Shown here: positions 22,926 to 35,873 of the stretch, in pieces | Layout: every line of letters starts with the position of its first letter | Numbering within the stretch: the stretch's first letter is position 1 | Assembly: GCF_006345805.1 (NCBI RefSeq) | Contig: NC_042998.1 | Coordinates: 69,316,001-69,380,000 of the forward strand | Direction of reading: 5' to 3' | DNA: 64,000 nucleotides | Origin: Octopus sinensis | Lineage: Eukaryota | The notes under the pieces: model-generated | Database searches by the model: none | Told to the model about the DNA's origin: nothing | What the model saw: only the letters and a program-made list of their open reading frames with translations | Position numbers and translations under genes: made by a program

Positions 22926-23763
22926 TAAACAAAACAAAAGGCCTGATATGTGTCCAAAGACAGAGGCGTGATGTAGTTTGGTGCTCAAACTATACGGCTT
23001 CTATATTGCACTTGGTTATTGAGAGACGGATCAGGCCTGTATGTTGTCGTCTGCGGATGCCATACTCGTTGAAATGTTGTGGGAACAACCCCATGCAGAG
23101 TTGAGTTGAATGCATTTGCATGTGAGCAGCAGCAAAAATTATAATTCGGAAGAGATTTGAAAACTTGTGCAATTACTACATCATACTTGTCTGGATGCTG
23201 ATGCACCGTCGTAGTTTCAATATTTGGCTTTATTCTCTCCTGAGGAGAAACCATCGGGGATAATCCGTGAGATTCTCGCGATCAGAAGTTCGTTGGTCAC
23301 AGATGGAGCGTTTAATCATGTTTACCTGATCAGAACAAAAACAAACTCATCAAGAGTTTTATGAGTGATAAATCCTCAGTCAATGATTTACAAGAAAGAA
23401 ACAAGATGTGTAGTGACAGAAATAGAAAAGATGATTATTACTGCCAAGAATCAAGTTAATTGTGTTAATTACTGCCCAATAATGGATTTCTTAAAAAGAA
23501 AATTATCCTTGAACTCCATATTTTAATTTAATCCAGTGAATTTATACGATTCCCTTCTTAGTAAATTGATACGCCTCGATATGTATTGATATCTGCGCAC
23601 TATGTGACACGGTTCTCATATGTCTGCTCTCCCTCTTTTCCTCTTCCTTTCTCTTTACTCTTTATCTTCATGTCTTTCTGTTTATCTCTCTCGACTCTTT
23701 CACTTAGAGTTTCTCTCTCTCCCTCTACTGAAAGAAAATATATGTAAGTATAAATATGTATAA

Positions 23764-23960
23764 TGCGGTGAGCTGGCAGTTTCTTTAGTGCATCAAACAA
23801 AATGCTTTAGTAGCATTTCCTCTGGCTCTTTACATTCTAAGTTCAAACCCAACTGAGGTTAGCTTCGTCTTTCATTCCTTCGGGGTCGTTAAAATTAAGT
23901 ACCAGTTAAATTCTGAGGTCGATATAATTGTCTTGTCCTTTCCTCTCAAAAACTGCTGCT
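23764..23960 (+). mobile_element. SINE family A, old copy
   Basis: gcggtgagctggcag..aagttcaaacc..ttcattccttcggggtcg..aagtaccagt. Confidence 0.7.
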
Positions 23961-24074
23961 ACGGGCGATCATCGTGTTCAGGAGGGAATGTTGTGATGTT
24001 GGTCACTTATTTGCTATGGAAACGGGGCAATCGGCCTTAAGAGTTCTAGGGATTAAGGAAAAAAAGTTTTGAAG

Positions 24075-24226
24075 TAGTAGTGTGGTAAAAAGTTTGCTTC
24101 ACAACCATATGATTCTCAGTTCAGTCCCACTGCATGGCACCTTGGGCAAGTGTCTTCTACTATAGCCTCAGGCCGACCAAAGCCTTGCGAGCGGATTTGG
24201 TAGACGGAAACTGAAAGAAGTCCATC

Positions 24227-24277
<51 letters not shown>

Positions 24278-24490
24278 TGTGTCTTCTGCGTCTGTGTTTG
24301 TCTCTTACCACCGCTTGAAACCAATGATGATGTTTTTACGTCTCCGTACTGTTCGGCAAAAGGGATCGAAAGAACACGCTTAATAAAAATAAGTACTGAG
24401 GTCGATTCGTTCGGCTAAAAATTCAAGACGGTGCCCCAGCATGGCCGCAGTCTAATGACTGGAACTATTAAAAGATGAAAGATAAAAAGT
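24075..24490 (+). mobile_element. SINE family B
   Basis: Head, core, (TA)n linker and tail. Confidence 0.85.
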
Positions 24491-24669
24491 AAAAGATATG
24501 TAAGTACACAGTGTTTTTTTTAAGGCTGTATAAACTAGTCTAGGACATTTCCCCCCCCCCCCCCATCCATGGACAATAACCCCTCAAGTACAAATACTCC
24601 TGAGGACAACAACCCTGTAGGTCAATTACCTTCTAGGACAATTACCCCTAAGCAGCTAACCTCCGATGT

Positions 24670-24785
24670 GTACCGTATTTTTCGGTGTATAAGCCGTTGT
24701 TTTTTACCTGGGAAATTTAGTGCAGAAAGGTGCGCCTAATGTGTGTATTTTTATAAGTTTCAGGAAGAAAATAATTTATGTATGG
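24670..24785. mobile_element. pogo/Tigger-like MITE left end
   Basis: ta|ccgtatttttcggtgtataag terminus. Partner end not found. Confidence 0.4.
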
Positions 24786-24957
24786 AGGTCGAATGATTCT
24801 ACTGATTAGTTTCAGAGAAAAGGTCGGTCGGTGAACAACGTGAAAGACTACGGCTACAGTACACTGGCGCCCGGAAGAAAACAAAACATATTTGTTTTGT
24901 TTTACCTTCATGTTTTGGTAATGTTACTTTTAATCTAATAAAGACTTTAATCCTTTC

Positions 24958-25157
24958 TACAAGGCTTGAAATTTTGCGGGAGAGGACTAGTCGATTACAT
25001 CGACCCCAGTGTTTCACTGGTACTTATTTTACCGGTCCCGAAAGGATGAAAGGCAAAGTTGTCATCGGTGGAATTTGAACTCAGAACGTAGCGACGGGCG
25101 AAATACCGCTAAGCATTTCGTCCAGTGTGCTAACGATTCTGCCAGCTCACTGCCGTC
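24958..25157 (-). mobile_element. SINE family A, short-tail monomer
   Basis: Reverse complement of head and core. taataaagacttta is repeated on both flanks (TSD-like). Confidence 0.8.
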
Positions 25158-26069
25158 TAATAAAGACTTTAGTATTGACGAAATGTGTTTGTTGTTGATT
25201 ATAGTAAGATAAAATCATAACAATAACAATACATCTCATACGTCCCATTCAGAGGGTGAGTGTTGTGACCATAGTTATTTATACGCCATTGAAACAGGTG
25301 TAAGGTCTGGTCTTATGCGTTCTGGGGCTCAGGACAGATCTAAGTCTTATCTTTCAAACGTCCATTTGGTCAAACCGCCCCTAACAGAGTCAGGTCTGTT
25401 GCAAGCATTCCGGCCCGTGGATAACTTCCTGTCATTTGTCACGAAGGCCCCTGTGGTACCCTTCCTTTTCTGAATGAGCCTTAAAAAATAAAAACAAAAA
25501 CTCACGGTAATTAAAATGTGTGTTTATAAAAAAAAACACGACATTAAATTCTGCAGAATTTCTAATTGCTTCATGTTTTTTGATGTTTGAACCGGATGAA
25601 TGTTCTCTACGTCTAGACTTGGTAGGTCCTTCGAAACCAGTCAGATGTTTTACTTGTTTAATATCATCTGGGCCCTGAACAAGCAGACATAAGCCGAAAC
25701 TACATTGTGTAATGTATCGTTATTCATTTAAGACTGCAGTGTGTGATTTGAAAAAGATTTAGTTGCTATTTCTAGTAGTTTCAGAGACTGCGTGAAAATA
25801 ACCTCGTTACCGGTGGCTGGTGACATTGATACTGTTTATGTTTCGTTTCAATCTCTATGTTGGGATCTTAATTTATGTCTTAAATCTTGTCTTGTATTTC
25901 ACATGTTTTGGTATCACCATAGGCATCTATTCAGATTTCTTCTACCACTGAAAGAATTTGGTAATTATCAGGCAGTAATTCTTAATCTTACTCTCAGATA
26001 CACTCCATTACTCATGTACCATTTCTTAAGTTTCTATTGAAGTTACCTCATTACAACAAACGAAATTAA

Positions 26070-26290
26070 GTGTTTTTGGAGCTACAGGCAGATCTATTAA
26101 ATGTTCTTTCTGTTGTTATCCTCGTCGATATCGATTTTGTGACAAATGCTTTTGATATGGTCGGTACATATAGGTTCTCCAGTCTCCAACAGAAAATTGG
26201 TTTCTCACCAGAACTACACTACAATGGCGACCACATGAGCGACATGATTGCGTTATGACGCAGATTAGAGACGTTATCGGTGCTTGCTTA
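26070..26290 (+). pseudogene. LINE RT remnant
   Basis: VILVDIDFVTNAFDMV resembles the fiDfsKAFD.V motif, followed by ..LQQKIG and ..NGDHMS. Confidence 0.35.
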
Positions 26291-26339
26291 TGAAAGTGAA
26301 TCTTTCCTCAACTTCTCTTATCGTGGGCCAACTTCTCAG

Positions 26340-26490
26340 CTATTGCTAGAAGTCATTTTCAGCCGAGTGAACCGGAGCAAAGTGAAATGGATAATTTTGC
26401 TCAAGAACACATCGCCTAGTCCGGAAATTGAAATCACAATCTTACGATCACGAGTGCAACATCTTTACCACTGGGCCACGCGCCTTCCCT
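26340..26490 (-). mobile_element. SINE family C 5' part
   Basis: Reverse complement of ggcgcgtggcccagtggt..cgtgatcgtaag..gtgttcttgagcaa. Confidence 0.7.
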
Positions 26491-27114
26491 ATGACAGCAG
26501 GGAAACAAAATGTATTGCGATAGAGATCATCAGCCAAGATGTGCTTATTCTTTATGTTGCTTGTCACTCTTACCTTCAAATAAATAGAATTAAGAATTAT
26601 TTTTCTGCATAAAAGAATTGACAGAGGAATTTTCAACTCGGTCAATCTCAGAGTAAAACCCCTTTTACATCACTTCATGGCTTGGGAGCCTTTATCGGAA
26701 TCCACTTTGTAGCAAGAATAAAGGTCAGTCTCCATTCTGAGATTAACACCCTCTCTTCCTACCACAAGTCTCCGAAGCTAAAACAAAAAGTTACGGATGC
26801 TGTTCTGCTTCTGACAAAATCCTTTAAAAAATTTTCAAGGATAGCAACAGTGTTTCATAAACACTGCATTCAAATCTGAATTTAAAAACTTGGGACTCTG
26901 TGAAGTAACAAATACTAGACCCCATCACCAAAATATATGGCTGCCACCCCTTCTGAGCCATTTACTAAAGAAAACACAAACAGAGTTGATAAAGTATCAT
27001 GTGTACGGAGAACGACAGGTATCAAAACAATGAGTTACGCATCCATTCTTGATACGTTCCGGCAGATTCGAACACGAATATGCTAATCGCTGTTGTATTT
27101 CATCTTTGGAGTAA

Positions 27115-27660
27115 AGGCGCGTGGCTTAGTGGTTAGGTTATTCAGCTCACGATCGTAAGGTCTTGAGTTCGCTTCCCGGCGGTGCGTTGTGTGCTTGAGC
27201 AAGACACTTTATTTCACGTTTCTCCAGTTCACTCATCTGGTAAAAATGAGTAGCATCAATATTTGAAAAGGGTCAGCTATGTCATATTGTCCTATATGCC
27301 CGGGCTATACCCTTTCTAGCCGAACCGGCACCAATAGAATCGGCCCCAAGCATTTTCGAGTAACAGTTTCACAGCCTCACTCTTTCATATGCCTATGGTT
27401 TGCTACAACAAAGTTAGAATGCATAAAAATGTATCCATTTGCAATTCCCACCTGATACAGTATTTTTTCGAAACTTTTGGGCACCCCACTCCAAAAAAAT
27501 TCCTGGCTCCCCCCCCCCTTTTTGAATCACCCTGAGAACCACGTTAAGGATACGCATGCCTGTGGAGTGCTCGGCAACTTGTACGTTAAATTGACGAGCA
27601 GGCTGTTCCGTTGATCGGATCAGCTGGAGCCCTCATCGTCGTAACCGACGGAGTGCTAGC
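27115..27660 (+). mobile_element. SINE family C split by a ~215-bp insertion
   Basis: Head and core at 27115-27310, unrelated insert, tail at 27525-27660. Confidence 0.75.
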
Positions 27661-28129
27661 TTCATCACTGTAGAAAACCTTCTTTCAGACGATATGTTCA
27701 CAACTCACTCGATTCATTGAGATTCCGTGATGTTTCGATCTGCTTGTCTCTCTTCAGTCAAAGCTATTTCTGGATCAATGAACTTAAACAAGAATTGTCA
27801 CATCCATATAATTCTTCTTTGTTGGCCATAGCGTTGGACAAAGGTTGAGAAGGTCAAGAACCATCTTAATTTTGGTAATTTGTTCCCTTGCAGTCCTTCT
27901 TCTCTCACAAGAAACATTGATAAACGCTACTTAAATTCAACACTTAATGGATCAGAATACAGAACAAATAAGACCTTTGTTAACCACTGATTAGAACAAA
28001 CCACTAATTAGAACAAAATTCTGTAACCACCTTTTAGATTACTGTCTTCACCTTTAACTAAAAACCACTAATTAGATGACAATATACTCCAAATCTTAAT
28101 TACGTGAAGAAATTTTAACGTTATTATAG

Positions 28130-28512
28130 GCGCAGGCGTGGCTATGTGGTAAGAAGCTTGCTTCCCAACCGTATAGTCTTGGGTTCAGTCCTACTGCGTG
28201 GCACCTTGGGCAAATGTCCTCCAATATAGCCTGGGCCTTGTGGATGGATTTAGTAGACGGAAACTGAAAGAAGCCCATCGTGTGTGTGCATGTGTAATAT
28301 ATATATATATATATGAAGTGGGGCTTGTCCAACACCGATTGACAACTGATGTTAGTGTGTTGATGTCCCTGTAACTGCAAAAGTGTCCGAAAGAATAAAT
28401 CACAGGCTTAAGAAAAAAAAGTACTAGGGTCGATTCGTTCGACCAAGAATTCTTCAATGCGGTGCCCCAGCATGGCCGCAGTCTAATGACAGAAACAAAT
28501 GATAGATAAAAG
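28130..28512 (+). mobile_element. SINE family B
   Basis: Full-length diverged copy. Confidence 0.85.
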
Positions 28513-28560
28513 GTTATTAACACTGAAAATGTCGTTCACCTTTAATATAAACTATTATTA

Positions 28561-28600
<40 letters not shown>

Positions 28601-28980
28601 AGGCGGAGAGCTGGCAGAATCGTTAGCACGCCGGGCGAAATGCTCAGAGGTATTTCGTCTGTCGCTACGTTCTGAATTCAAATTCCGCGGAGGTCGACTT
28701 TGCCTTTCATTCTTTCGGGGTCGATTAAATAAGCACCAGTTACGCACTGGGGTTGATACAATCGATTTAATCCGTTTGTCTGTCCTTGTTTGTCTGTCCT
28801 TGTTTGTCCTCTCTGTGTTTAGCCCCTTGTGGGTAGTAAAGAAATAGGTATTTCGTCCGTCGGTATGTTACCTTTCGTCCTTTTGGGGTCGGTAAAATAA
28901 GTACCAGTTAAACACTGGAGTCGATGTAATCGATTCATCCCCTTTCCCAAAATTGCTGCCCTTGCGGCAAAATTCGTGGT
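28601..28980 (+). mobile_element. SINE family A dimer
   Basis: Long-tail monomer joined at gaaatag|gtatttcgtc (28847/8) to a partly deleted right monomer. Confidence 0.8.
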
Positions 28981-28999
28981 TAGTAAAGAAATCGTTATT

Positions 29000-29368
29000 A
29001 TTACCTCCGTCTTAGCGAAGGCGGGAGTATTGTTTTCAGTCGCGTTTGTTTGTTTGTCCGTGGACAAGATATCTCAAGAACCGCTCGATGGATATCGGAT
29101 GAAACTTTCAGGGATGTTTGGCCTCGTGACTGGCAAGAACTGATTAGATTTTGGGATCGATGCGGTACCGGACAAGAATTCTGGATAATTTTCCATTTTT
29201 TTGTTTGTTTTTTTACTTAATTTTTGAGAGCGGTTGGGTTCATTTTTAGCATTCTCGTTTGTAAGAGCAATCAAGTATATTTCAGATATTCTCATTTTAA
29301 AAATCATCTCTGGCTAATCGTTGAGAGGACGTTAGTGTTGCCTTGGCGGAGGTTTGTGCTTTCTGAGT
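29000..29368 (+). mobile_element. Helentron-associated HINE/DINE-1-like element
   Basis: 5' ttacctccgtc..aaggcgggag hairpin, (gttt)n, gatgaaactttcaggg core, 3' ggcggaggtttgtgctttctgagt sub-terminal repeat. Confidence 0.65.
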
Positions 29369-30268
29369 CGGGCAGTAGGATCGCTGGATGTTCCACTTTA
29401 GCTATTTACAGAGGCTTCATAGCAGGAAAGTGCGATGACGTCCTTGGGGAAACTCTAGGCATTGACGAAGATGAACTGACTAGTCTGTTCCGGAGGACTT
29501 TCCTGTCGGCGACTATTATGGATAATTTCCAGATGTCTTTGACTTGGCAGTGCTACCGGTTCGATATAAACTCTACAGGCACGGATGTGCTGTCAGACGG
29601 GCTTGTCCAAGGTGCGTGCAGAGTGACGAAACCGTTCTGCATGCACTCCTTCAATGTCCGGGCATTGCTGACTCATACGAAAAGCTGCTGTCGCGTGTGG
29701 GACGGATCCATCTGTTCATAGTGATGATTTCCCCGCCGCCATCCTTTAATCGGTCAGGCTAGGTAGTTTTCCTTTGCCTGGTTGCTGTGGCGAAAGAGGT
29801 TGTCTGGTGGACGAAGCTGAAAGGAATGAGGACAGAGACAGTCCTCTTGGGTTAAGCCATCATCGACTTTTTCAAATTTCACTTGAAAAGGAAAGTGAGG
29901 GTGGAGAGGGAGGTGCTGTCCTCGAGTGAATTTATGAAAAGTGGGTAAAAGTTGCGAAAATGGCAAGAGTAGATGGTACCACTCGGTGTAGACTTGTGAG
30001 TTGGAGGAAGGGAGTTGGAAAAGGTATTTGTCCGTAGTATTCAGGGCGATCTTGGATGGCGTGGTTCCTCGATCATCCCTAATGGTATTCTTGTATCAAG
30101 ATCCCCCCCTACCATCACATTTTCTTCCTTATTGCTGTATACTATGTATAGTTCAATTCTCTTAACGTACACTGTATATACGTTTTATATACACCATGTA
30201 AACTCCCACGTTTTATATGTCTTTGTATTGTCCCCCTCATCCTTCGCCCTGGTGGCAAATAAAAGAAA
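29369..30268 (+). mobile_element. L1/Tx1-clade LINE 3' fragment
   Basis: LPVRYKLYRHG..CPRCVQSDETVLHALLQCP (zf-RVT), KEVVWWTK, FKFHLKRKVRVERE..KKWVK. 3'UTR ends gccctggtggcaaataaaagaaa. Confidence 0.85.
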
Positions 30269-30649
30269 GCGCTATTATTATTATTATTATATTATTATTA
30301 TTATTACGAAAATCATCATTATCATTATCTAGTTACATTTTAACGAAATTATAACAGGAAGTATGGTTAATGATGTCATTCAATATATGATCAAAGTATC
30401 TGCAGGGCGTATTCTATTATTGTGACCTATATGTTTTTAGTGTTCATGACCGAGTCGGTCTTGTCAATGAGTATCGTATGCAGGTATTGAATGTCATCTA
30501 CTATTGGAGTGTTCTTTTGGTCTATTTCGCTTGAGCTGTTCGGATTATAATAAAAACAATTTGCAAACATATTTACATTCCCATATAACAGTTAAGAACA
30601 TCACCATTATTGTATTACGCATGCGTGGAAGTGTTTGTTCGACTAGGTG

Positions 30650-30790
30650 CTACTGGCTTAATTACGCACGATTCAAGTTAGAGAAGGGGTGCGTATTATA
30701 CACAAGGTTTAGGTTTTTCAGAGGTACAGTCCCCTAAAAATCCCCTGCGTATTATACTCAAGGGCGGACAATACTCGAGGATTTACGGTA
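30650..30790. mobile_element. pogo/Tigger-like MITE right end
   Basis: tgcgtattata repeats, terminus tactcgaggatttacgg|ta. Confidence 0.5.
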
Positions 30791-31744
30791 TATTGCATAG
30801 ATTACTATGTATTAATGTTGATGATGTATTATTATAAAGGTTACTAGATTACGCTAGTAAATTATTTCAATGCTGTTAGTGATATAAAGACTATTATTGC
30901 TCTTACCAATATCTGTCAATTTATTTACTCATTTTATCTGTAAACTCAGATTAAATCTGGTCAGTAAAAAATCACTAATATCAGGGGTGGCTGGAAGAGA
31001 GAGAAAACAAAAAGTCTTTCTCTACACGTGCCCGCGAGGAGTTTCAATATGGACGCTCTGCTGCAAGGGATAACAGTCAAGTCTCTCATTTAGGCTATCA
31101 ACCTACAGTCTTAACAAAATGAAGGACATAAATATTGCCTTAAATATAGTAAAAGACCGGAAGGTTACGGTTGGAATTCCTTTGCTGATAGGTGTGTTGT
31201 GTCGTGGTTGACCTGGAGTTAACTAATAATTACTCCCGACACCTCGTGGGTCTTAACATTCTACAGAACTATTCTTTATTTCTCAAATTATTCTTTATAT
31301 CACCACTAGTGTGTAACTCGATTTATGTCCAGAATAAGTAATATTTTGTTCCATTGAAATATAGGTTTCATATTTTTTAAAAATTAAGTAAAAGAAGGTA
31401 AAACAATGTTGAAATAGAAGAAACATTTAATAGATCAAAATACATAATAGTTTTTAACTGTTTTTATTTCTATGTGCAACAAGCCACGGACAGGGAATTT
31501 TGGTAATCAAATAACGTCTGTGTATCTTTAGTGACTTTAACGTTTTCATAATTGGAATGGCTTTGAGATCTTCTTGGTACAGTAAATTGAATTTGACCAG
31601 CAGAAATCATTTTGTGTTTGATGGATCCCCCAATGCTACTGAGAGCAAAATATAGTTAACTATATCTGAAAACGTTTGTTAGTTGAGAGATCGAGGTAAA
31701 AACATAGATAAATAGATAGATAGATAGATAGATTGATAGCTACC

Positions 31745-32062
31745 ATGACACTGTGTCGGTTACGATGACCAGAGTTCTAGTTGATCCAATCAGCGGAACA
31801 GCCTGCTCATGATATTAATGTGCAAGTGGCCGAACACTCCACAGACACGCGTACCCTTAGCGTAGTTATCAGGGAGATTCAGGGGACACAGGCTTGCCAT
31901 TTGACAAGGCTTGCCATTTGAAATACAGGTACAAGCCATTTTTGCCAGCTGAGTTGACTGGAGCATCGGGGAGTAAAATATCTTCTTCAAAACACAACGC
32001 GTCACCGGGAATTGAACTCACGACCGTAAGTTGAATACCCTAACCACTAAGCCACGCGCCTC
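31745..32062 (-). mobile_element. SINE family C
   Basis: Reverse complement of head, core and tail. Internal duplication caggcttgccatttga. Confidence 0.8.
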
Positions 32063-32223
32063 CGGATAGATGAAGAGACAGATAGATATGTGACATCTCT
32101 TATTGTGAAGAAAGTAACTTAATAGAATTAAACAGAGAAAAATGAATATTCATTCGTAAGTTTTCTTAAGAGGAAGTTAACGAATGGAGATTCAGCATTT
32201 TCCTTCTAATTTTTAATTTAATT

Positions 32224-32508
32224 TGTAGCGCACACTCTTGTGAAATCCTCCTCTCCTTTATTATATAAACATACATTCAAACGTAGAAGATAACAGATAA
32301 CCTTTGGGCGCTATTTGGAGGATGCGATTGGTTAGGTTGCATGTTGGCGCGCGATGGAGTAAGAGACAAATTGCACCAATACCAACCAATCAGAGTGGTG
32401 GACATAACAGGGTCCAAATAGCGCCCAAGGGTTAACTGTTATCTGTTACGTTCGAATATATGTATATATAATAAAGGAGAGGGGAATTTCACTAGATTGT
32501 GCGTTACA
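32224..32508. mobile_element. MITE with ~95-bp TIRs, TGT..ACA ends and AATT TSD
   Basis: aatt|tgtagcgcac..gggcgctatttgga and tccaaatagcgccc..gtgcgttaca|aatt. Confidence 0.8.
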
Positions 32509-33161
32509 AATTCTTTTGAAAGAAGTGATTGTTTAATGTCTCGGAAGATCAAATTGAGAAACATATACGTCCATGTGCCTGCGTACATTCATCCATACCC
32601 AGATACAGACAGGAAAAGCGAGAGAAAGGGAGGGAGAAGTTGCGAGTTAAACCGAAAGTTATGTTGTTTGACAAATTTGACAAAAAATATTAGAGATTTT
32701 TATCAATGTCTGCTATTCTTGCATAAGTAAAAAAAAAATTCTAGAAAAAACACCCAAGGCCACGGATTCAGAAGAGGTGGAGGGGAAGGCTCTATCATAA
32801 GCAGACAAATATTTGACTGGTATTTTTGTGTTTAGATATGGAAATATGAAATGTAAACATATTTCCATTTGTGTAGAGTTAGTGACAACTTGTAACCAAC
32901 AAAATTGTAAACATTCTTTTCAAAAGATTTCGATAAGGATATTTACATTATTTTCTTATATTACCGCTATTATTATGCATGCGCACAAAGACATAAGTAT
33001 ATATGTGTGTGTTACTTTGTACATATGTATGCATTTGTGTGTGTATGTGTGTGTGTGGGGGGATGTTCATGTGTGTGTGTGCATATGTAATGTATATATG
33101 TGTGTGTGGATATGTAATGTGTGTATATGTAATGTATATATGTGTGTGTGTGCATATGTAA

Positions 33162-34064
33162 TCTACATATGTGGGAAATTCTGTCTGTGGGCGTGTTTGT
33201 GGATTTGTTAGCTAACTCCTCCTACATCGTTTTATCGATTTTAATGAAACTTAACACGTGAGTAAAACTCATGTCTGGAAACCTCATGACATACTCAGGT
33301 TGTTGAAAAAAAAATCGATAATAGGGCCCCTGGAAGGAATCCTTATACATATTTAATATATTTCATTTTAACAGCCAAGGGAAATAACTCATTCGCCCAG
33401 ATTTTAACAGCCAAGGGAAATAACCCATTCATTTTCCTAAATCATTTGGTATAAATCAAATTGAGTATGCTTATTTCTTAGTATTTGAACTGTTAGAGTT
33501 ATTTTCGCATTTCATCAAGTACAACCCTTAAACAAGTAAATAGTATTTTCCTAAACAATAGATTCACTTATTTTGGTTAGTGACTTATTCACGAATATAC
33601 CAACACTAGCGCCCCTGAGGGTAATATTCTCTGGGAACTTATAAAAGTCCTTTTCAGAGTTGTTTACTTTGAATTGTTATTATCTCATATCCGATTAGCC
33701 TGTTATTACGTAAGATGCTTCATGATTTTAGTATATATACCTTATTAGTATTTCCTCCTCTGTTCTATATACTCTGGGAACGCATTAAAGTCCTTTTCGG
33801 AGCCATTTTATTTGAATTCTTACTATCGGGTAACTATTTTCATGTTATTTCGTAACTGACTTCACAATGTGGGTATTCATATCTTATTGGGAATTCCTGA
33901 AAACAAGATTCTGTGTAAGAGTTCGGTATTCTCTGTAAATGCACAAAAACCGTTTTAAGGGCTTACATACTTTGTATTGTTGTTATTGGATTAGCGAAAC
34001 AATTATGAGAATGGAACCAAGGTATAAGCCCCGCTTTTCCGGGAATTACGGGTACGTCAGCTAG
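33162..34064 (+). mobile_element. non-autonomous Helitron inserted in a minisatellite
   Basis: a|TCtacatat..ccgggaattacgggtacgtcagCTAG|t. Splits the unit gcatatgtaa|tgtatata exactly at A|T. Confidence 0.85.
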
Positions 34065-34182
34065 TGTATATATGTATGTGTGCATATGTAATGTATGTGT
34101 GTGTGTGTACATATGTAATGTATATATGTGTGCGTGTGCAATGTAATATGTGTGTGTGCATATGTAATGTATATATATATAT

Positions 34183-34270
34183 ATATGAATAAAAATGGAG
34201 TTAACGCAGGTTTAAACAAGTATTAAAAATACTTGTTTAAACCTGCGTTAACTCCATTTTTTATTCATAT
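34183..34270. repeat. near-perfect hairpin (~41-bp stem, 3-nt loop) abutting (TA)n
   Basis: tatgaataaaaatggagttaacgcaggtttaaacaagtatt-aaa-aatacttgtttaaacctgcgttaactccattttttattcata. Confidence 0.9.
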
Positions 34271-34424
34271 TATTCAAAATATTCAACGTAAACACGAAGT
34301 TTCAACCTTTATAAACAAGGAGTTACAACATCTTTACTTGTGAGATTTTTGCTGCCCTGGTAACTATTTATTTATTTTTCCGTGTTAATTGTTAACAAGG
34401 TAAAAATACACTCATCTATATATA

Positions 34425-34466
<42 letters not shown>

Positions 34467-35873
34467 GTGTATGTGTACATATGCAATGTATGTGTGTGTG
34501 CATATGTAATGTGTGTATATGTATATATATATATATATGCTGATGTGTGTGTATATATATACATATATGTGTATGCATTGTGTCTCTCTGTGTCCGTATG
34601 TCTGTCTGTCTCTCTCTTTCTCTCTCTCTCTCATATATATAGTTATGTTTGTATGTACGCGTATACGTATGTTTATATTTGTGTATATATGCATTTTATG
34701 TATGTATGTATGTATGTATGTATGTATGTATGTGTGTGTGTAATCATGTGTGTATGCGTGCGTGCCTACACGCGTGTTGTTGAAGGTAATACATACATAT
34801 CTGGTCTGTAATGCTGTATTTGAGATGTTTCCGTTCCATTCTATTTTAATCCCACAAACCAGGCCTTTTCTACTTACTGTGTCACGGTTAGTCTCCGAGT
34901 GCTCTACCTAAACGTGTTGATGTGCTGTGTTTAGCCTGCATGAGTGCCGCGTATGGTCTGCAGGTGTGCCATGGATAGTCTGCATGTGTTTCACGTATAA
35001 TCTGCAGGTGTCCCACGTATAGTCTGCAGGTGTGCCGCGAGTTTATGAAAAGAATCGGAAAATACCAGGAAAGTTAGAAAAAAATTAGTGCTATAAATAC
35101 TTTACACCGGTTCATCTGTATTTCTTTCTTGTTATAACGGGGTTGAGGGTGCAGTAACAATATAATATAAGGTGGGGAATTGTTCTCTGCGCTCCGAGTT
35201 CAAATCCCGCTGAGGCTAACTTTGTTTTTCTTTGTTTCGAAGATAATTATTAAAGTAATATTTTAAAGACAGGGAATTAACAGAAGTATTAGAGCGTTGG
35301 AGAAAATGTGTTACGATGTTTTTTCGGTTTGTAGCGTTCTGGGTTCAAATCTCGCCGAGGTCAGATTTGTCTTTCATTATTTTCGACTCGATAAATAATA
35401 GCACCAGTCTGGAGTAGTGGATTTACGGAAACACGAGAACCCTGCGTTATTTATTCTGGCCACTTTATATGTTCTGATCTCACTGTTTAAATCCCACCGT
35501 GACCTACCAGAGTGAGTAACTTAATCTGTCGTCCGGTTTAATACCAGCATCACCTGAGACCTTAAAACCTGTTGTTGACATTTGGTCCAAGATTCTGGTT
35601 TTTGAGGATAGCTCTCTTCCTTCCTTTCGCCAGTCTCCGACGTCCTTGAAAAGGGGTTGTGGACATTGCTTTGCCTCTGAACTAAACAATAAAACTGTTT
35701 TAAAACGATTTTAACACACACGCACACACACACACACACACGGAGTTAAGACCCATAGAGACCCTAAGCACTTAAAAGATTTTGGTACTCCTATATAAAT
35801 GTAATTCAAAATATATACAATAATAAACCATAAAATAAATTTATATTTTTCAAAATGAAACAAAACTAATATT

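Noticed and set aside
22940-23330. Possible ITS1/5.8S continuation after the 18S fragment
   Set aside because: No conserved 5.8S blocks recognised.
29224-29721. 165-aa ORF
   Set aside because: It is a chance read-through from the HINE into the Tx1 fragment, and the zf-RVT motif is in another frame.
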